NCBI GenBank assembly: GCA_012295275.1
Contig: CM022665.1
Location: 24,118,001 to 24,182,000, forward strand
Source of the DNA: Chrysomallon squamiferum
Taxonomy: Eukaryota > Animalia > Mollusca
Reading direction: 5' to 3'
Length of the DNA stretch: 64,000 nt
Both the position numbers and the translations under genes were made by a program. Positions 1 to 14,802 of this stretch are shown piece by piece (position 1 is the stretch's first letter; the number at the start of each line of letters is the position of its first letter). The notes under the pieces were generated by a model. That model searched no databases, was not told where the DNA came from, and saw only the letters and a list, made by a program, of their open reading frames with translations.

Positions 1-77
1 AGCCAAAATATAGTATTGATTTGCCATCACTTGCTACCGAGGCTCTGGGAGAACTTACATTCAGACGGCGAGATGAC

Positions 78-85
78 TATAAAAG
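78..85 (+). promoter_or_regulatory. Candidate TATA box
   Basis: TATAAAAG matches the TATAWAWR consensus, sits in a CpG-containing island, and is followed about 110 bp later by a consensus donor CTG|GTAAGT at 197/198. Motif evidence only. Confidence 0.3.
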
Positions 86-107
86 CGAACGCTATTGAAA
101 TTGGCGA

Positions 108-197
108 CCAAGCAAATCGCGATTGAACCAAACGGATTTATGCTTCGAGCGACAAAAACACTAGTTCATGTGATAGGAATTTTTTTTACGAATTCTG
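108..197 (+). other. Candidate non-coding first exon
   Basis: Start inferred about 30 bp downstream of TATAAAAG; ends at donor CTG|GTAAGT. No recognisable coding content. Confidence 0.2.
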
Positions 198-3100
198 GTA
201 AGTACGTTGATACGTTGCATTCTTTACATGGCCTAATCGTATTTAACTTAAGTTTCAGATTTACAGAAATTTAATTTTTGGACGACGAGAAACGTCTATC
301 TCAGTGGATATTTACAGGATTGATTTCCTGGAAAAATCGTTAAACACTGACTAGGGACAGTTCATCCCGGATATACACAAATGTCGATCATTAGCGCATT
401 ACGCTTTGGTTTGACTTTAAAAAACTGTTACAACAGTTCATATACCGAAGAACATTAAAGATTTTCTTCTTTTTTTTAAATATTTTTTCTTCTGTCTGAT
501 CAATTGGATATTAGTTTACAAACTAACAGTACTATAGATAAATACTATAAAATAATAATAATAATAATACACAAAGAAAAAAAAATCAGATCCACAAATA
601 AATGGGTGAAAGAGATAAGCGATAAAGTTTTATATCCATACAAACAAGGTTATGAAATTTGAGATTTCTTTGGTAGGAATGTCTAGAATATTATGTTTTT
701 AATATAGAATACTTAGAGCAGAATCTCGTTATGTCCAAAAAGTAACAATGTTAAGATCGATGACCCACTTGGCTGAATGCTCCGGCGTTATATACAAAGC
801 ATTTATAATCGAAGATGGAAAAACCTAACTGACAAACAACCTGATTTTAAAGATCATTTAAAAAATAAATAAATAAATAAATAAATAAATAGATAATTTT
901 AACTATTTCCGAAGTTGAAAAATATCTACATCATGGTTCTCCTCTTAACATTCGATACATATTTGACCGGAACCAGGATACGTTCTCAGTTACTACCAGG
1001 CTCGTGTTAAACAAAGCTGCATCATCGCTAAAGACAATGCGATCTGACTCGCTGATTGCCCTTTATCGATTAACATTCCTCTGTGAGACAGATTCGTACG
1101 GACAAAATGGTCTACCTTCGTCTTACTCATTCCCGTGACGTCTGTGAACCATGAGTTTCCAAGTTGGCTATGCCAGTTAATTCTGTCCAGTTTGATAGAA
1201 AATATCTTTCGAGATTACAAGGACGTAGAGTCTGCAGAAGTAACAGAAAATGGATACACCCTATTCTATAACTGTGAAAAAGGAATGTTAAAACACAAAT
1301 TCTTAGAAGATTTTTTTTTTTTTTTTTTTTTTTTTGGTATCGTAAAACTTAGAGTAACGAAGGAATGGTAGTCGTATCAAATTACTGACACCGTAGTACG
1401 TATCTATGCTGTTTCAAAACAAAATGCGAACTCAGTAAATGAATGTATGTGAAAATAAATAAATAAAAGCAAACTAAACAAATATGATTCTTTGATTCAT
1501 ATAATTAGTTTATCTGTCTGTCTGTTGTTGTAACCTAAAATATGCTCGTATAAACGAAAGTTGTTTGTTAAGATATATGAGAAAAGGAAGCAGTTTAGTA
1601 GGTAAAAATGTAGGTTATAAAAAGGTAGAGATGGTTGTCTTCGTACGTAGACAATGGCGTTTGTATGTATATTTTTTACCTTTGGTAAAACAGAAATACT
1701 TTTGCTGTGGATCAAATAAATTAATAATAATAACAACAACAACAACAATAATAATAATAATAATAACAATTATTATTGTTATTACTGTTATTATTATCTA
1801 TAGCAGGAAATATTAAAAGTCTGCTTCTGCTTCTTCTGCTACTACTGTTACTACGAGAACAACGGCAACTACTGTTACTGCTACTACTGCTACTGACATA
1901 TGGTCAATTATCGCTATTTCTTTGTCTATAATTTCCGTTACTGCTGTTTTTTTCTGCTCTTACTACTACAGCAGAATTTAAAGTTATTCTCCACGCAACA
2001 AAATAGTCGTTTTGAAACCGTTATATCTGACTTCAATTTTCTTTTAACGAGGGTCAAAGTTTAATGACGTTATATTTTATGCTCGAGTTATCGTCAGCTC
2101 ACTTTAACATGAAAATGTATTTTCTTCTAACACGGCTTCGTTAACCGCATTGATTTCTCTGCGTAAAAGTAGATTAATCATGAAAAATATCAGAGTTGGC
2201 AGTTATTGTTGTCAATAATCGATTAAACACAACTCGAGATGTGTTATACACACAACAGTTTGATCTTCAAACGAACCCTGACTTTTGTAACGTGTTGTCG
2301 TGTAAAAGAATAGTGTGTGTAAAGATAGTGTTGTCTAAAAGAAGATGGTGACGGAAAAGATGAATAAAAATATTGTTAACGAAAGATGATGGTACTTGAA
2401 AAAAAAAAAAAAAAAATGAATAAATATAATGTACAGAGGTTTGGCATTCGTTTCAGGAGACATATTTCAATACTGTTATATGATTATTATTTTCTTCTGT
2501 ATTTTTTATTTTTTATTTTTAAAAACTATATTCAACTATTATCCAATCGATATTCGATTATTTTTCAGTCGATATTCAACTATTTTTCAAGCAAACCTTC
2601 ACGACCAAATGAATCCATGGCTCTTAGTAAGTGGGACTGATTTTAGTAATTATAAGGAACGATTTCTCATTAAAGTGCGAACATACTTCCTACCAACATT
2701 AACATAAGATGTTACACTATGCTAATTTAGATTGCTGCCATCAGAAAACTGTTATTTCTCTAGAAAGTTCTGCCATGTGTCTTTTCTCCTGTTTACATCA
2801 CATGCTGCCAAGTTCGCTGGAAGTGTCAGCGAAGTTGTCACGCGATGTCTCTGTCAGTAAGAGGACGGCATGCGTTGATTTTTCTCCATCCAATTACTTT
2901 GTAATAACAGCATACTTTGAGAGGAAGTCTGTAAATTAGGCTCAGTCGATCCTTATTTGTAAAGTCTTCATCTATATTCCAGCGTTCTCTGTGCTAGGGC
3001 TTTTGTATTTAAATGCATGACTACGGTTTGCGTGTGGGTGTTGCACGCTGTGCTTACAAATAGCTGGGATAATGGACTGACAGATCAGGGTCGGATAGAG

Positions 3101-4719
3101 TTTCGTTAAGTTACTGAGAACACAGGTCTAATTCAGTTCACCTTTCCAGCTTGTAATCTACCAAAGGTTGAAGCACAGCTGTCGTGGGAATGCAATACAA
3201 GAGGCTGCGTCGTTTGACCGAGACGGTGTCGTATTGGTACATCACTAAGTTAATGAAAGAAGAGTATTCGTATTGATTTACATATCAGCAGCGTACAGAG
3301 AGATCAAACCACTGTATTTAATAGTCTTAAATATCTTGTTATAAATAATTCAGTAAAATGATGATCAGATGGTACCCTTTTAACAATAAAAACACAAATT
3401 ATTATTATTTATTTTGAAAAGAAAAGATAACCTATGCTGAATTGTCAGTAAAATGTACAGAATTTGGCAAGGTGCTGAAGATGAACATATGATTAAATAA
3501 GGTAACGAATCTGCTGAAATGAATTATATTAAAAAAAATAATCAAGATTTAATCCTGCACGTAATATTTTTCTGTAATTAACATTTTTCTGTCTTTCTTT
3601 TTATTATTTTTATTATTATTTACTTGTTTTATTTATTTATTTATTTTTTTATTATTATTTTTGTTATTATTATTTTTTCTTTTCTTTAAGCAAGTGAAAA
3701 TACCCAGAACACAGCCATATGAAATTTAAATTCTGATAACATTTTACAGCAAAGATTTATTGCGTAATTGTGGTAGCAATTTAGTTTAATGCATAACGTT
3801 TAAAATAAAGTAAATGTTTTATGTCATAGAAATACACAGCACTTTGCCTTAAAAACATGACATCTGGAACTCTTTAAGCAGTTACTGAATAAGTAATTTT
3901 AATGGCAGCTAAGCAACACTTGAGTCAGGGTAAAATATTTTCAGGTTAAAGAGAGCTTCCTGTATGTTTGATCAACTTCCACGTAGGGCACACAGATTAG
4001 TGTATAAAGGCGTAGGGTACGTGCTGAGTTGTAGTGTTAAATGTTAATATGTAAGAGTAGCCTGTGAATAGATTTTTTATTTTTCTTACACTTTATAATT
4101 ACGAGAAAAATAACAAAATGTGACACTTGACACGAATTAATATCAAGTATCATTAAATAAACATTGATTCATGGATTCTTTTTTACGAGTAAGAATGACA
4201 TAAGCTGTGATCGATATAGAATTTTTTATTCAAGACAGATGCAGTTCATTTCGTTAGCAACACTGGCTTTTGTTTTGATATTCTTTCACCCCTAGGCGAG
4301 GTGTGCAAATTTTAATCTTTCTTTGAGAAACAAAACAAAACAAAAAAACAAAACAAAAAAAAAAAAAAAAAAAAGAAAGAAAGAAATAAAGAAGGACATA
4401 GGCCCAACGAAGAAGCGACTGTTTTTCGAAAGACTCTAATACCCATGTGTGATCCGTCATTTTGTCACGCACGTTCCTTGCCGAAACCGAGGCGTGTCTT
4501 TAAGCCTTTTGTCATTTTCGAGGAATTGTCACCTTATCGCTTGTGTCGCACTATCAAGCACTTGCCAGCGACATTTTGTAACCCAAATAAACCTACAGCT
4601 TCCCACGTGTCTACTGTTTTGATCTCAAGAACGTGTAAACTCGTTTTATTATTACGTAAAGTCCACGTGCAAGTTTTGTGCATTATCTGCGCCCTTTCTT
4701 CTTCCTTTTTTTTTTTGTT

Positions 4720-4720
<1 letters not shown>

Positions 4721-4774
<54 letters not shown>
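4721..4774. repeat. Poly(A) mononucleotide tract, 54 nt
   Basis: Read directly; explains the poly-K run in ORF 4445..4867. Confidence 0.95.
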
Positions 4775-4776
<2 letters not shown>

Positions 4777-5760
4777 TTTACTGACTCATGCAAAAACTGA
4801 CACTTCTGCCAGACACAGTTTACTCTTTTTTATGTCTGTAGAACGATACAGTTCAGTCATACAATAGAGCCATTGAAAAGTTTGAAGATGAAGTCACATA
4901 ATCCGTGCTATAAAAATTGATACATGGGATATTCGTCAATAAAAGGTTTAACAGGAGGATGCCCGGTAATTAAAAATATTCTTGTTTAGGGTTAAATAAG
5001 GAATAACATCACAACATAACTGAGTTATTTATTGTTTGAGTAGAGTGTGTTTCTCACTAAACTATATCCGATAGAATCATGGGACATTTATTAACCCATA
5101 ATTTAAAGCCAAGTTGTCCCAGTATCTGCTAACAGTGTTTAGTAATCATTATAATTCATAACTGAAAGGTGAATCCTAAAAAAATTATGACACTTTTAAC
5201 TTCTTCGAGTATAATGTAACATACAAATACAGTTATTTTAGTATTAATATTATTATTTTTATTTTTGTTGTTGTTGTTGTTGTTGTTATTTGATTGAAAT
5301 ATCAGGCAATAACATAAAGTTCATGTCGGTTATTTTTGTTGGTGTTGTTTTCGAAAAATAAATCACTTAATAATAATTTTATGTTTTTACAGTGTGTTTA
5401 ATTATTAATATTATGGCTACGTTTATTTCTGAAATCATTATTTCTCTTGCTGATTGTGTCATGAATTGGTTTCCATACTCAAACAATAAAACATCCACCC
5501 GGCCATAACGTTTTATAGGTGTACTGTCCATGATGCAAACATTAATATTTCCACTAGATTTACCTTTAAGAAGAAAGATTAATAACTATAATGAATGGCA
5601 ACATCATTCTGTGAAATTACAGATATTATTGTAATCAAAGCATATCATTTTTACAGATCAATCCCACAATCTGTGGATTAAGATATCACCAATTAATTGA
5701 AAACAGTTCTAATGAAACAATAAAGAAGAATCTCTCTCTATCTCTTTCTTCCTGTCTGTC

Positions 5761-5890
5761 TATATGTATGAATGTATGTGCGTTCGTTTGTATGTATGTG
5801 TGTACCTATATATGTACGTATGTGTGTACCTATATATGTACGTATGTGTGTGTTGTCTACGTGTGTGTGTGTGTGTGTTTATGTATATGT
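5761..5890. repeat. Compound (TATG)n/(TG)n microsatellite
   Basis: Read directly; includes a duplicated TATGTGTGTACCTATATATGTACG unit. Confidence 0.9.
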
Positions 5891-6823
5891 ATCTTTGCAT
5901 GTCTGTCTTTATATATATCACGTCTGACTCTTTCCTTCCTTCTTTTTTCTTTTTTAATGATTACTTTCCTTTAACAACTTCAGTTATTCATCATTCAGTA
6001 CTTATCCAGCAAGATTCGTTTATATAAAGATATTAATCCGCGGTATATCATTCATCTCTATAAAATGTCCAAGATAATTTCTTATTGTTGTCTCAGGAAT
6101 CCTGTTTACAGTGTTTGACAAATCCTTTTTGTTTTCCCCCGAGAGATAATCGTCTTTGTAAACGGTGCAGATTTCAAACCATGTATTGTGTTTTCGAGAC
6201 TTCTGCCAAACCCCGGCCTCGCTGTCCGTCTTTTAGACCAGATCTTTGTCATGTCGTGTGTTGAAGTCCTTGTTGGTGTCATTCCAGTCTCTTAATATAT
6301 CATATTTCAAAAGCGACTTTCTATTACGCAGATTTAATCCCTGTGGATTTAATTTTAAAACCCTGTAGCCTGTCTGAAGTCTGTTTCTTAAATCTGTCGT
6401 AATAAGCCACTGACGTGTAGTTTAATCGTCGTTTTTGTCGCCTTGAATTCCACATCGTTATAGCTGACAGATCCTGGGCCGTCTTAATTTAGATAGAATT
6501 TCAATCCCTGATTTTTTCTAATTTCTTTTTAAACCGTGTTTTCTCACAATATTAAATTCATTTCACAAATGTCATTAAATTCCCATTAGCTCTGTGGACT
6601 TCTTCCGAAATCGTGGATTTATCTTCCAGATTGTTTTCTTTAGCAGAAAAAAAAGGTCACGAGGAACTGTTGTTGGTATCCAGGCATATTGATACGTGTA
6701 TATTAATTCATTAGCAGGGGCGGAGTCACACTGAGAGAAAAACATGGCACCATATTTATAATTCAGATAACGTTCAAGATTAAATTAATTTCTTTATAAA
6801 CTTGTTTGTTTAATATTTTTGTT

Positions 6824-6858
6824 TTACTTTTATTTTTATTTTTATTTTTACTTTATTT

Positions 6859-6902
<44 letters not shown>

Positions 6903-6905
6903 TTA
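6824..6905. repeat. (TTTTTA)n/(TTTA)n microsatellite
   Basis: Read directly. Confidence 0.9.
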
Positions 6906-8527
6906 AAATTTAAGAAAATATATTATTTTAACTATATTATAAACCGGTTGGCAAAAAAAGAAAAGAAGAGGAGAGCGCTAGCTAGATCATATGGCTGTGA
7001 TCCTCTTACGAATAATAAATTAAATTTTAAGGGAATTTATTTATTTATTTATTTATTTATTTTAAATCTGGAATTTAAAAACTGAAAAAAAGTCTTTGCT
7101 GTTATTTTTATTATCAATAGCGTCTAGAATTATTTAAATAAACAAATGCCTTATTGTTCATTTAATCTCAGGATAAATTACCGTCAAAGAATTGTCGATT
7201 TTACAAATGTCACTCATGAAGTTGTATTAAGCTAGAAAAACATTATATCTAGCTAATATTACTAAGACCAGCATGTTTATATTTTAAAAATCTTTGTGTA
7301 TATTTGGTCTGAAAGACATCATGCAACAACAGACCGAAAAAGCATTACGAAAATAGATTGTCAAGATAAGGTCGCCATTTTAATAAACAATGATACCTAC
7401 AGGTTTTTTTTTCCGATGCGCGCCAGTTGTTTAATTTACTCACTGAAGTTCTCTTGACAATCGTAATTGCAATTAAGACAAATGTCAGTAGTGGATGACG
7501 TTTTCTGTTCAGGAAATTTAAACAAAGACGATTGTTTCAAATTTCTCTAAACGTTTTTTAATTTTTTAATTTTTTTAATTTTTTTATTTAAATATTTAAA
7601 ACCCGTAGACAAAGCGACGTTGACAATTGACATTACCTGACGCGTAATCTATCACGCAATTCTTTTTCCGCTGCCTGTACTCCAGTGGATTAATTGCACC
7701 CGCGTACACGAGATTTCTAATAACACTGTGTCAGACGCAATCTCGTGAAGTCTAGACATCAAGTATAAGGTTGAGTTCGGATTCAGACTCTGAGTCGTGT
7801 GTCAGGTATTGTCGCCCAGCGTTAATAATTAATTTATGAATTCCCAACGAAGTAAAAGCTTAATAAAATTTACCTGATACTGTTACGATAGTGAAGATAC
7901 AATTGTATTGTTTTTTTACATAATTAATTTAGTTTCTTTGTGAAAAGTCATTCACTGGTTATAAACCGTTGTTTTGGCATCTGTTAAGAACACAGTAATT
8001 GTGATAAATGATTGAAAGGGTATTCGTTTTACATATATTAACATTAATGTTAAATTGGCGTCAAACGTATAATTATGAGATAAAAATAATATCGGAGAGA
8101 GGAAATCCGCTATTGCACTCAGTAGGATACTCTTACAAGTTAATTGCAAGATGTTTTTTGCACCTTTTCTCTGAACTTTGAAAATCACTCGTCCAAACCG
8201 GAATGGAACGGGAAATAATTTAAGAAAAGAATTGATTTATAACTAAGCTGAAATATCCCATAAAGGTTGCATGTTGAATTACTCATTTAATGTTTGGGTT
8301 AAGGTTAAAAACAGTTACTCAAACATAATCATATTAGTCATATTTGCAATCTGGTAAATAAAACGGATATATATACTAATCGAAAGAGAAGGTATGTTAG
8401 GAAAACCTGATGGTAATAAATGTGATGCCAGTGAACATACAGAAACTTGATGTCACTACCCATTATAAAACACAATTCATTTCAAAGGTTTATTTTAATG
8501 ATTACTTCATATTTTTTTTTTTTTTTT

Positions 8528-8548
8528 TATTATTATTATTATTTATTA

Positions 8549-8607
<59 letters not shown>
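8528..8607. repeat. (TTA)n microsatellite
   Basis: Read directly. Confidence 0.9.
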
Positions 8608-8609
<2 letters not shown>

Positions 8610-9349
8610 TTCTTAAAATTACAGGTTAGCCAGACCTGAAAATCCTTGTTAATCACAATGATCTCTCAGTATGAAACGAAGGTAACATCAACACAGCCAT
8701 TTTCTGCTATCGAGTTAATTAATAATGCAGCTGTATTGAATAAAAATGCTTAACTGTTCTTTGCTAACTGAGCTGTATCCAAAAGCTGTCCAATTAACGT
8801 CAAACAATTTATTCTTATAAGATAACATAATCCAGCAACAAAATTTTATTATTGCTAAAAAGAATAAAGAAAGATTTGATAAAACAAACACGCCAACCAA
8901 GAAAAAAAAAAAAACACTCACATTTCAGAGATGCTACAGAAAAACATTAATGTTTTCTATTAGCTACTTTCCTGTAAATCTAAAATAAAATCCATGCTCT
9001 GCTAATGAAATTATAGTGTCTAACTGAGAAGACGCATATAAACCATTCTTCCTCTAATCAATGTAAGCTTCGCTAATTGACCAATGCCTTTGATGTAAGG
9101 CGAAAATGTCAACTTGACATAGATAATTTCGAAAATCGACATGTTTCGAGTGTTTGTAATCTCATAAACCCGCCGTATAAAGCAGCAAATACCGTCATTT
9201 TGTCGAAGCAAGTCCAAGTGGACGCTTGGGGAAAGTGATAATGTTGTTAGCAATACAGTAAACCATAGATGTTTGAAGAACATGGTTGAACTTTTGAAGA
9301 TTAATGACTGTTTGCTTTTATTTATTTATTTATTTATTTATTTACAACA

Positions 9350-9467
9350 ACTACTACTACTGCTGCTGCTGTTGCTGTTGCTGCTGCTGCTGCTGCTGCT
9401 GCTACTACTACTACTACTATTACTACTGCTACTACTGCTGCTGCTACTACTGCTACTGCTACTGCTA
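9350..9467. repeat. (CTA)n/(CTG)n trinucleotide microsatellite
   Basis: Read directly; explains the poly-L and poly-C/Y ORFs at 9273 and 9304. Confidence 0.9.
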
Positions 9468-9720
9468 TTTCTTGAGAAAGGGCTATAATTCAGTGTTAAA
9501 AGCGTAGAGTGAGAAGTGATAAGTTGCAGTCATGGTATCAACATTCTTATGTTCGGTCAAGGGGAATTTCTGATATTATCAGTGGGTATGGAAACCTCAA
9601 TTTATTGAAAACCTTTATATAAAATAACACAATTAATTCTAAATCAGCAGTATTTTCTTCACCAAAAAAGCCACAGTTTGTATGATCAGTTCAGCACAGG
9701 AATGTCAGCACTACAATTCA

Positions 9721-9853
9721 AGCACATTATAGTTCATATTAGTTTATATTATAGTTCACATTTTAGTTCAGTTTAGTTCACATTATGGTTCAGTTTAGTT
9801 CAAATTACAGTTCAGCTTAGTTGATATTATAGTTCAGTTTAGGTCACATTATA
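9721..9853. repeat. Degenerate ~21-bp minisatellite (CACATTATAGTTCAGTTTAGTT-like)
   Basis: About six imperfect copies built from AGTTCA/ATTAT subunits. Confidence 0.75.
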
Positions 9854-10008
9854 AAATGATGTAATTTTCAAGTAACTGCCACCTTATTATTTTCATAACA
9901 AGACGAAACAAACAATTATAAGAACTTCAAAAACTTTAGTTAAATGTAATTAACACAGCTTTGAAGTGGTGGCTTGAAACATTCTCTGATTTATTTTGTT
10001 CTTTATTT

Positions 10009-10012
<4 letters not shown>

Positions 10013-10052
<40 letters not shown>
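10013..10052. repeat. (AT)n microsatellite
   Basis: Read directly. Confidence 0.95.
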
Positions 10053-10057
<5 letters not shown>

Positions 10058-12173
10058 AAGGCTATCAGGATTACCTAACTTCAATACCCTTTAAAAGTTC
10101 CATGTTATTTTTTTATTAATAAAATAATAAATATTATTGTATTAATAAAAAAAATCAAAGGTACGAAACTGTCCTATTTCTCATTTAATGGTTAGCAGTA
10201 TCATTGTCCACTGAGCAGTATTTCTTCTTTGTTTTTCAGTTGATAACTGGATAATTGTTATATATCTTGTTCGTAAATCAAACATCACTAGTGTCAAAGT
10301 ATGGTTCACGGCCACACAACTGAAATCCTTTGAGATTCTCTCCACAAACGTTTCATGAAGCGATAAACTGACAATTAGTTAGGACTTCCACGAGAATGCG
10401 ATTAATCATTTAAAGTTTATGACACTAATTGGGATCAAGCGACGAGATAGCAGTATGTATTTTATCAGTCTGCAATTTTAAATAGAAACTGAGAACAGAA
10501 TATTTCTTGCGACAAATAAAAATGAAAAACAAAAAAAATGAAGGAAGAAGAAAAAAAAATGTATGTAATAATTTATTTATTTTTAGCTCCTTTGCCAAGT
10601 ATAATGTGTATTTGATTAAATGGATAAAAGGCAGGAAGACAGGTATGTACTCTTAGTTTATGTTCAACCACATACAGGCAAGAAAAATTTGTTTCTAAAA
10701 GATATGTTGATATAATTATTTTATTTTCATTCCAGTATTTAAATATTATCTAGGTGCTTTGTAAATTACTATATTTTACATTAGTTTGTTTAAAAAACAA
10801 ATACTTTCGCTGCTATATATATATATATATATATATTTAATATTTATATAATAAATTTGAACCATCTCTCTCTTTCTCTAAAAATAAATATTTGCTCTCT
10901 TTCTATATATCTCTCTCTCTCTCTCGCTCTCTCTCTGAACACAAAATACATTGTTAACAAGATATAACTGCGATGATGTTGAAATTAAACGAGTGTGAAG
11001 TTTTCGGGCAACACTTACAGGATATTATTAATTGATCTGTAATGAATATAATCTTTGAATATTTCTGCACGGTGCACTGGGAATGCAAGTAAAATATCTT
11101 CATTTAAACTTTACTCAGGACGAATAAAATTGATGTATTCGTTCGTGAGTCAAGACACAGTTTTCACCACATAGTCAATTTATCAGGTCGATCTGTATCA
11201 GTGTGGTTTACTAGATTACTGAAATGTTTCGGCGTCAATACGACTGGTTGTTTTTTCTCTCACTGCTTTTCTTCGTCTTCTTTTTTTCTTCTTCTTCTAC
11301 TTTTTGCCCATGAGATGTCATTTTTAAAGTTATTTTATATAGTGGTTCATCGATAAAAAAATTTTTGCTTTCAGATTTCTTTGCTTTTGTGTGCGTTTGT
11401 GTGTTTGTGCGTGTGTTCGCGCATGCATGTATGATGTGTATAGTGTCAGTATTAAACATAACCCGAAGAACAAGTTAACTGCCATAAACCATATGTAACA
11501 AAATGAAAAATGAACTGTTACGAAACAAGAAAATACTTCTATTAGATCACGTACATATCTTATATAAATAAATACCATTACCAAATATGTCATTTCCGAC
11601 AGAACGAAAAAAAAAAAAAAAAAAGGCCAGCTGGAACATAAAATTTTTAGCAGATTCTCGTTAAAAACAAACAGATTCTACGTACGAAGCGATTATCACG
11701 GATAAACCCTTACATCATGCTTTAACATTAACAAATAATCACGCCTGCATGAAGATTTCTTACGCGATATGTCCAAAGCAAAGCATTTGCCTTGCACTAT
11801 CTTTCTCGGCTGTCAAAAAAGGCACTCGATGCGTTAAAAGGTATTCGCTTCTGCTTGGCAGACGTCAAGATTACGACATACACCGCAAGCAGACGACATG
11901 GCTAGGGTAATATTGACCCGAGTCGTAACGATGTCTGCATTCGCTGTGTAAGTGTTTACAGAATGGATGGGCAACGGTAACAAGTGATGCCTAACAAATC
12001 TCACATCATCTGGTTCATTTTCTCTTGCAGTATCGTTGTTAGGAATGACAGAGCGTAACATTGATGTAGGTTCATTGAAAACAAAATATTTTTTAAAGCC
12101 ACGATTGCTTTCGATAAATGTGCTGTATCTTGGGTCGTTTATTCTCTGTTATGTAAAATGAATTGTGGCGCGC

Positions 12174-12176
<3 letters not shown>

Positions 12177-12260
<84 letters not shown>

Positions 12261-12280
12261 ATTGATTGATTGATTGATTG
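12177..12280. repeat. (AG)40 followed by (ATTG)6
   Basis: Read directly. Confidence 0.95.
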
Positions 12281-13860
12281 CCGGGCAGAAATGGCGGATA
12301 GAAACAAAAAGTGAGAAGACTGAGCTGAAGAAGATTAAAGAGAAAATATGGAGCTGTGTGAGAAAGTATGAGGTTAGGGTGTTGATATATAGCACACGAG
12401 ATCTTTGACTGATACCCGCATTCTACGAATTTAGTGACATGCGCTGTTGGCACGAACAAAATACTATCATCTGCACGAATGATTACGAATTTGTAATGGA
12501 TTCCAAAATGGTGAATAGATTGTAAATGATTTAGCACGCCACGGAATGTCAGAGTGACAGCAGACGTGTGTCGACGTGTGCTGAAATCTGACACTGGGAG
12601 ATTGTGTGGTGTAAGAAGAAGCAGCATACTGAAGAAACAAATTTTGACCTGTAATTATGTTTAATAAACATATCACCTATTTGTTTAATATTTGTAATGC
12701 TATGCCTTTATTGATGTTCTACAAAGATGATGAGGTAACTTCAGATTTTGTCTTGCTGTTTAAAGCTTTATGCTGTGATATTTTCGAAACATTATACAAT
12801 TAAATGAGATGTAACTGCAATGAAGATCTTTCAAGTGTCATTTCAAGCAATGCTTTTAACATTAAATTTTTGCTTTTAAGAAAAATAAAGTGTAATTCAA
12901 TATCCAGAAAGATTGAAAGAGACTTCTAATGAGATATACAGACTTACTGTATGTATTGTATAGGCAAAAGCAGATATTGTAAAATAATATACTAAGATGT
13001 AATACGATTTCAGACTTCAAGAACGAAATCCGCGTAATTAGAATGGTCACATTTCTTGAACAATTAATGGTAAAGGATGCAGTATAAAGTTATTGAACTT
13101 CTGCATTATAAACCATTATTTATTGTTATTATTTTTTATTGTTATCTACGTTTTGAATTTGTAAGACAAATATTTTTAGATATCTACGCTTAAAGTAAAC
13201 ACGTCATTTTCAAATATATACTTCCTGGTTTGCACAATATGTTTGGGCTAGATACACTTTGCGTAAAAGGTCCGCATCAACATAAGTAATCTTTTACCAA
13301 CAAAGTTTAGCTCTGAGTTTAGAGATTTCACCTCTCACACACTATTAAATACAAACACAATGACCGTTATGTTACTTCAGTGTTTCTCATTTTTAATCCA
13401 GATAATCACAGTGTATTCCTTTAACAGCAGACAGTGTTCTCGTCAAGGACCATTTCCAAGCCTACAATGACAGTCTGAAGTATCTTCAAGTGATGTTCTC
13501 AAAACCAATATAACATACATAAAGTACCAATACATGCTTCACATAATGTTCAGTGTTTATTCAGTAAATGTCCTGACGTCAGCAATAAATTGTAACTGAC
13601 TGTGATGGTTACACCGTACATTTCGCGAACTTGAATTGTCAGGGGTCCCTTTATTCCTTTCATCTCTTAATTGTATTTATTTAAGGATTAAGACTGTAAG
13701 CAGAACAGTACAGTTATCGTACTGTTTTAGTTGAAATAGAGTATAAGTTAATTATCTCATTTTTTCTATACTATCAAAAAACAAATACCTGTTGGGGTAC
13801 CATTTTCCAAGCTTTATGTCTTCAAACGCTATTAGGAGTTAAAGATATTTTTTTTTCAAG

Positions 13861-13948
13861 TTTTTGAGAAAACAAACGTTCCTTAAAATACTCTCGAGAC
13901 AGGATATGAGGAGTTTTGATTAACAGAAATAGAGCGCTGGCTCGCATG
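13861..13948 (+). other. Candidate short exon ending in ATG
   Basis: Acceptor TTTTTTTTTTCAAG| (AAG is a weak acceptor) and consensus donor ATG|GTAAGT. Motif evidence only. Confidence 0.15.
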
Positions 13949-14459
13949 GTAAGTAAAACCTAAAAGTATACTGGGATTAAATTAATGCCTTTATCACTGT
14001 GATGTAATGTTTGCTTGTTATAAAGATACATACATAAGAAAACAGCCCCGGAAATGGAATTCTCTGAGAAGCATTATTAACTGATCTGAACTAACAACAC
14101 GCTAAATGTACAATAATACTAAGGAAATTGTCTGTATATATTTTAATGAATACTTTGAATCACGTTGTTCAGTTTAAATAGAAAGAAAGAAAGAAAACAA
14201 CAACAAAAAGATCGATTACTGATTTTCAAACTCGTTTCACCAAAAGGCGAAGTTTTCACAAACTGCCTGATCATCATTTCTGCACTAACTAGATCAGTGG
14301 CATTTCAAACTCGCCATCTTTGATGTAACGTTGTGTGAGTGGTTTAAACAGGAAGGCAGAATGAAAGACATTTCGTATCTACATGTGGAGTGCATCAATC
14401 CTTTGCCACCAAACACGTGTGATGTAGGAAATAACTTCTTATCTTCCTGTTATGAAAAG

Positions 14460-14802
14460 GTCTCACTTCGAAAACATTCACCAAAAATCCAGACTGAAGA
14501 TGAACTAAGCGACCATTCAGAAATTATTAACAAATATGTGGACGGTTACAAATTCTTGTAATTTATTGTAAATAAATACGTTTGATGAAAATACACATTA
14601 ATTATAGTGGAATCTGTCTCCTCCTTATAATGGTTCACGGCTTAGCCATGATGCCCAACGTCCGACCTTTTTCATCCAATCTGGACATCAGCTCTTCAGT
14701 GTAATTCATTAACAACTGATTTTGGAGGCGACTGTCATATTCCTAGTATTACTTTATCAGTATTATTTTGATCGTTAATACTGGCGTGCTGTTGGCCCAA
14801 AC
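14460..14802 (+). repeat. Left arm of long-range diverged inverted repeat
   Basis: Its reverse complement aligns by hand to 19098-19447 with about 66 mismatches and 2 indels. 14663-14712 (50 bp) and 14471-14492 (22 bp) are perfect matches. Confidence 0.95.
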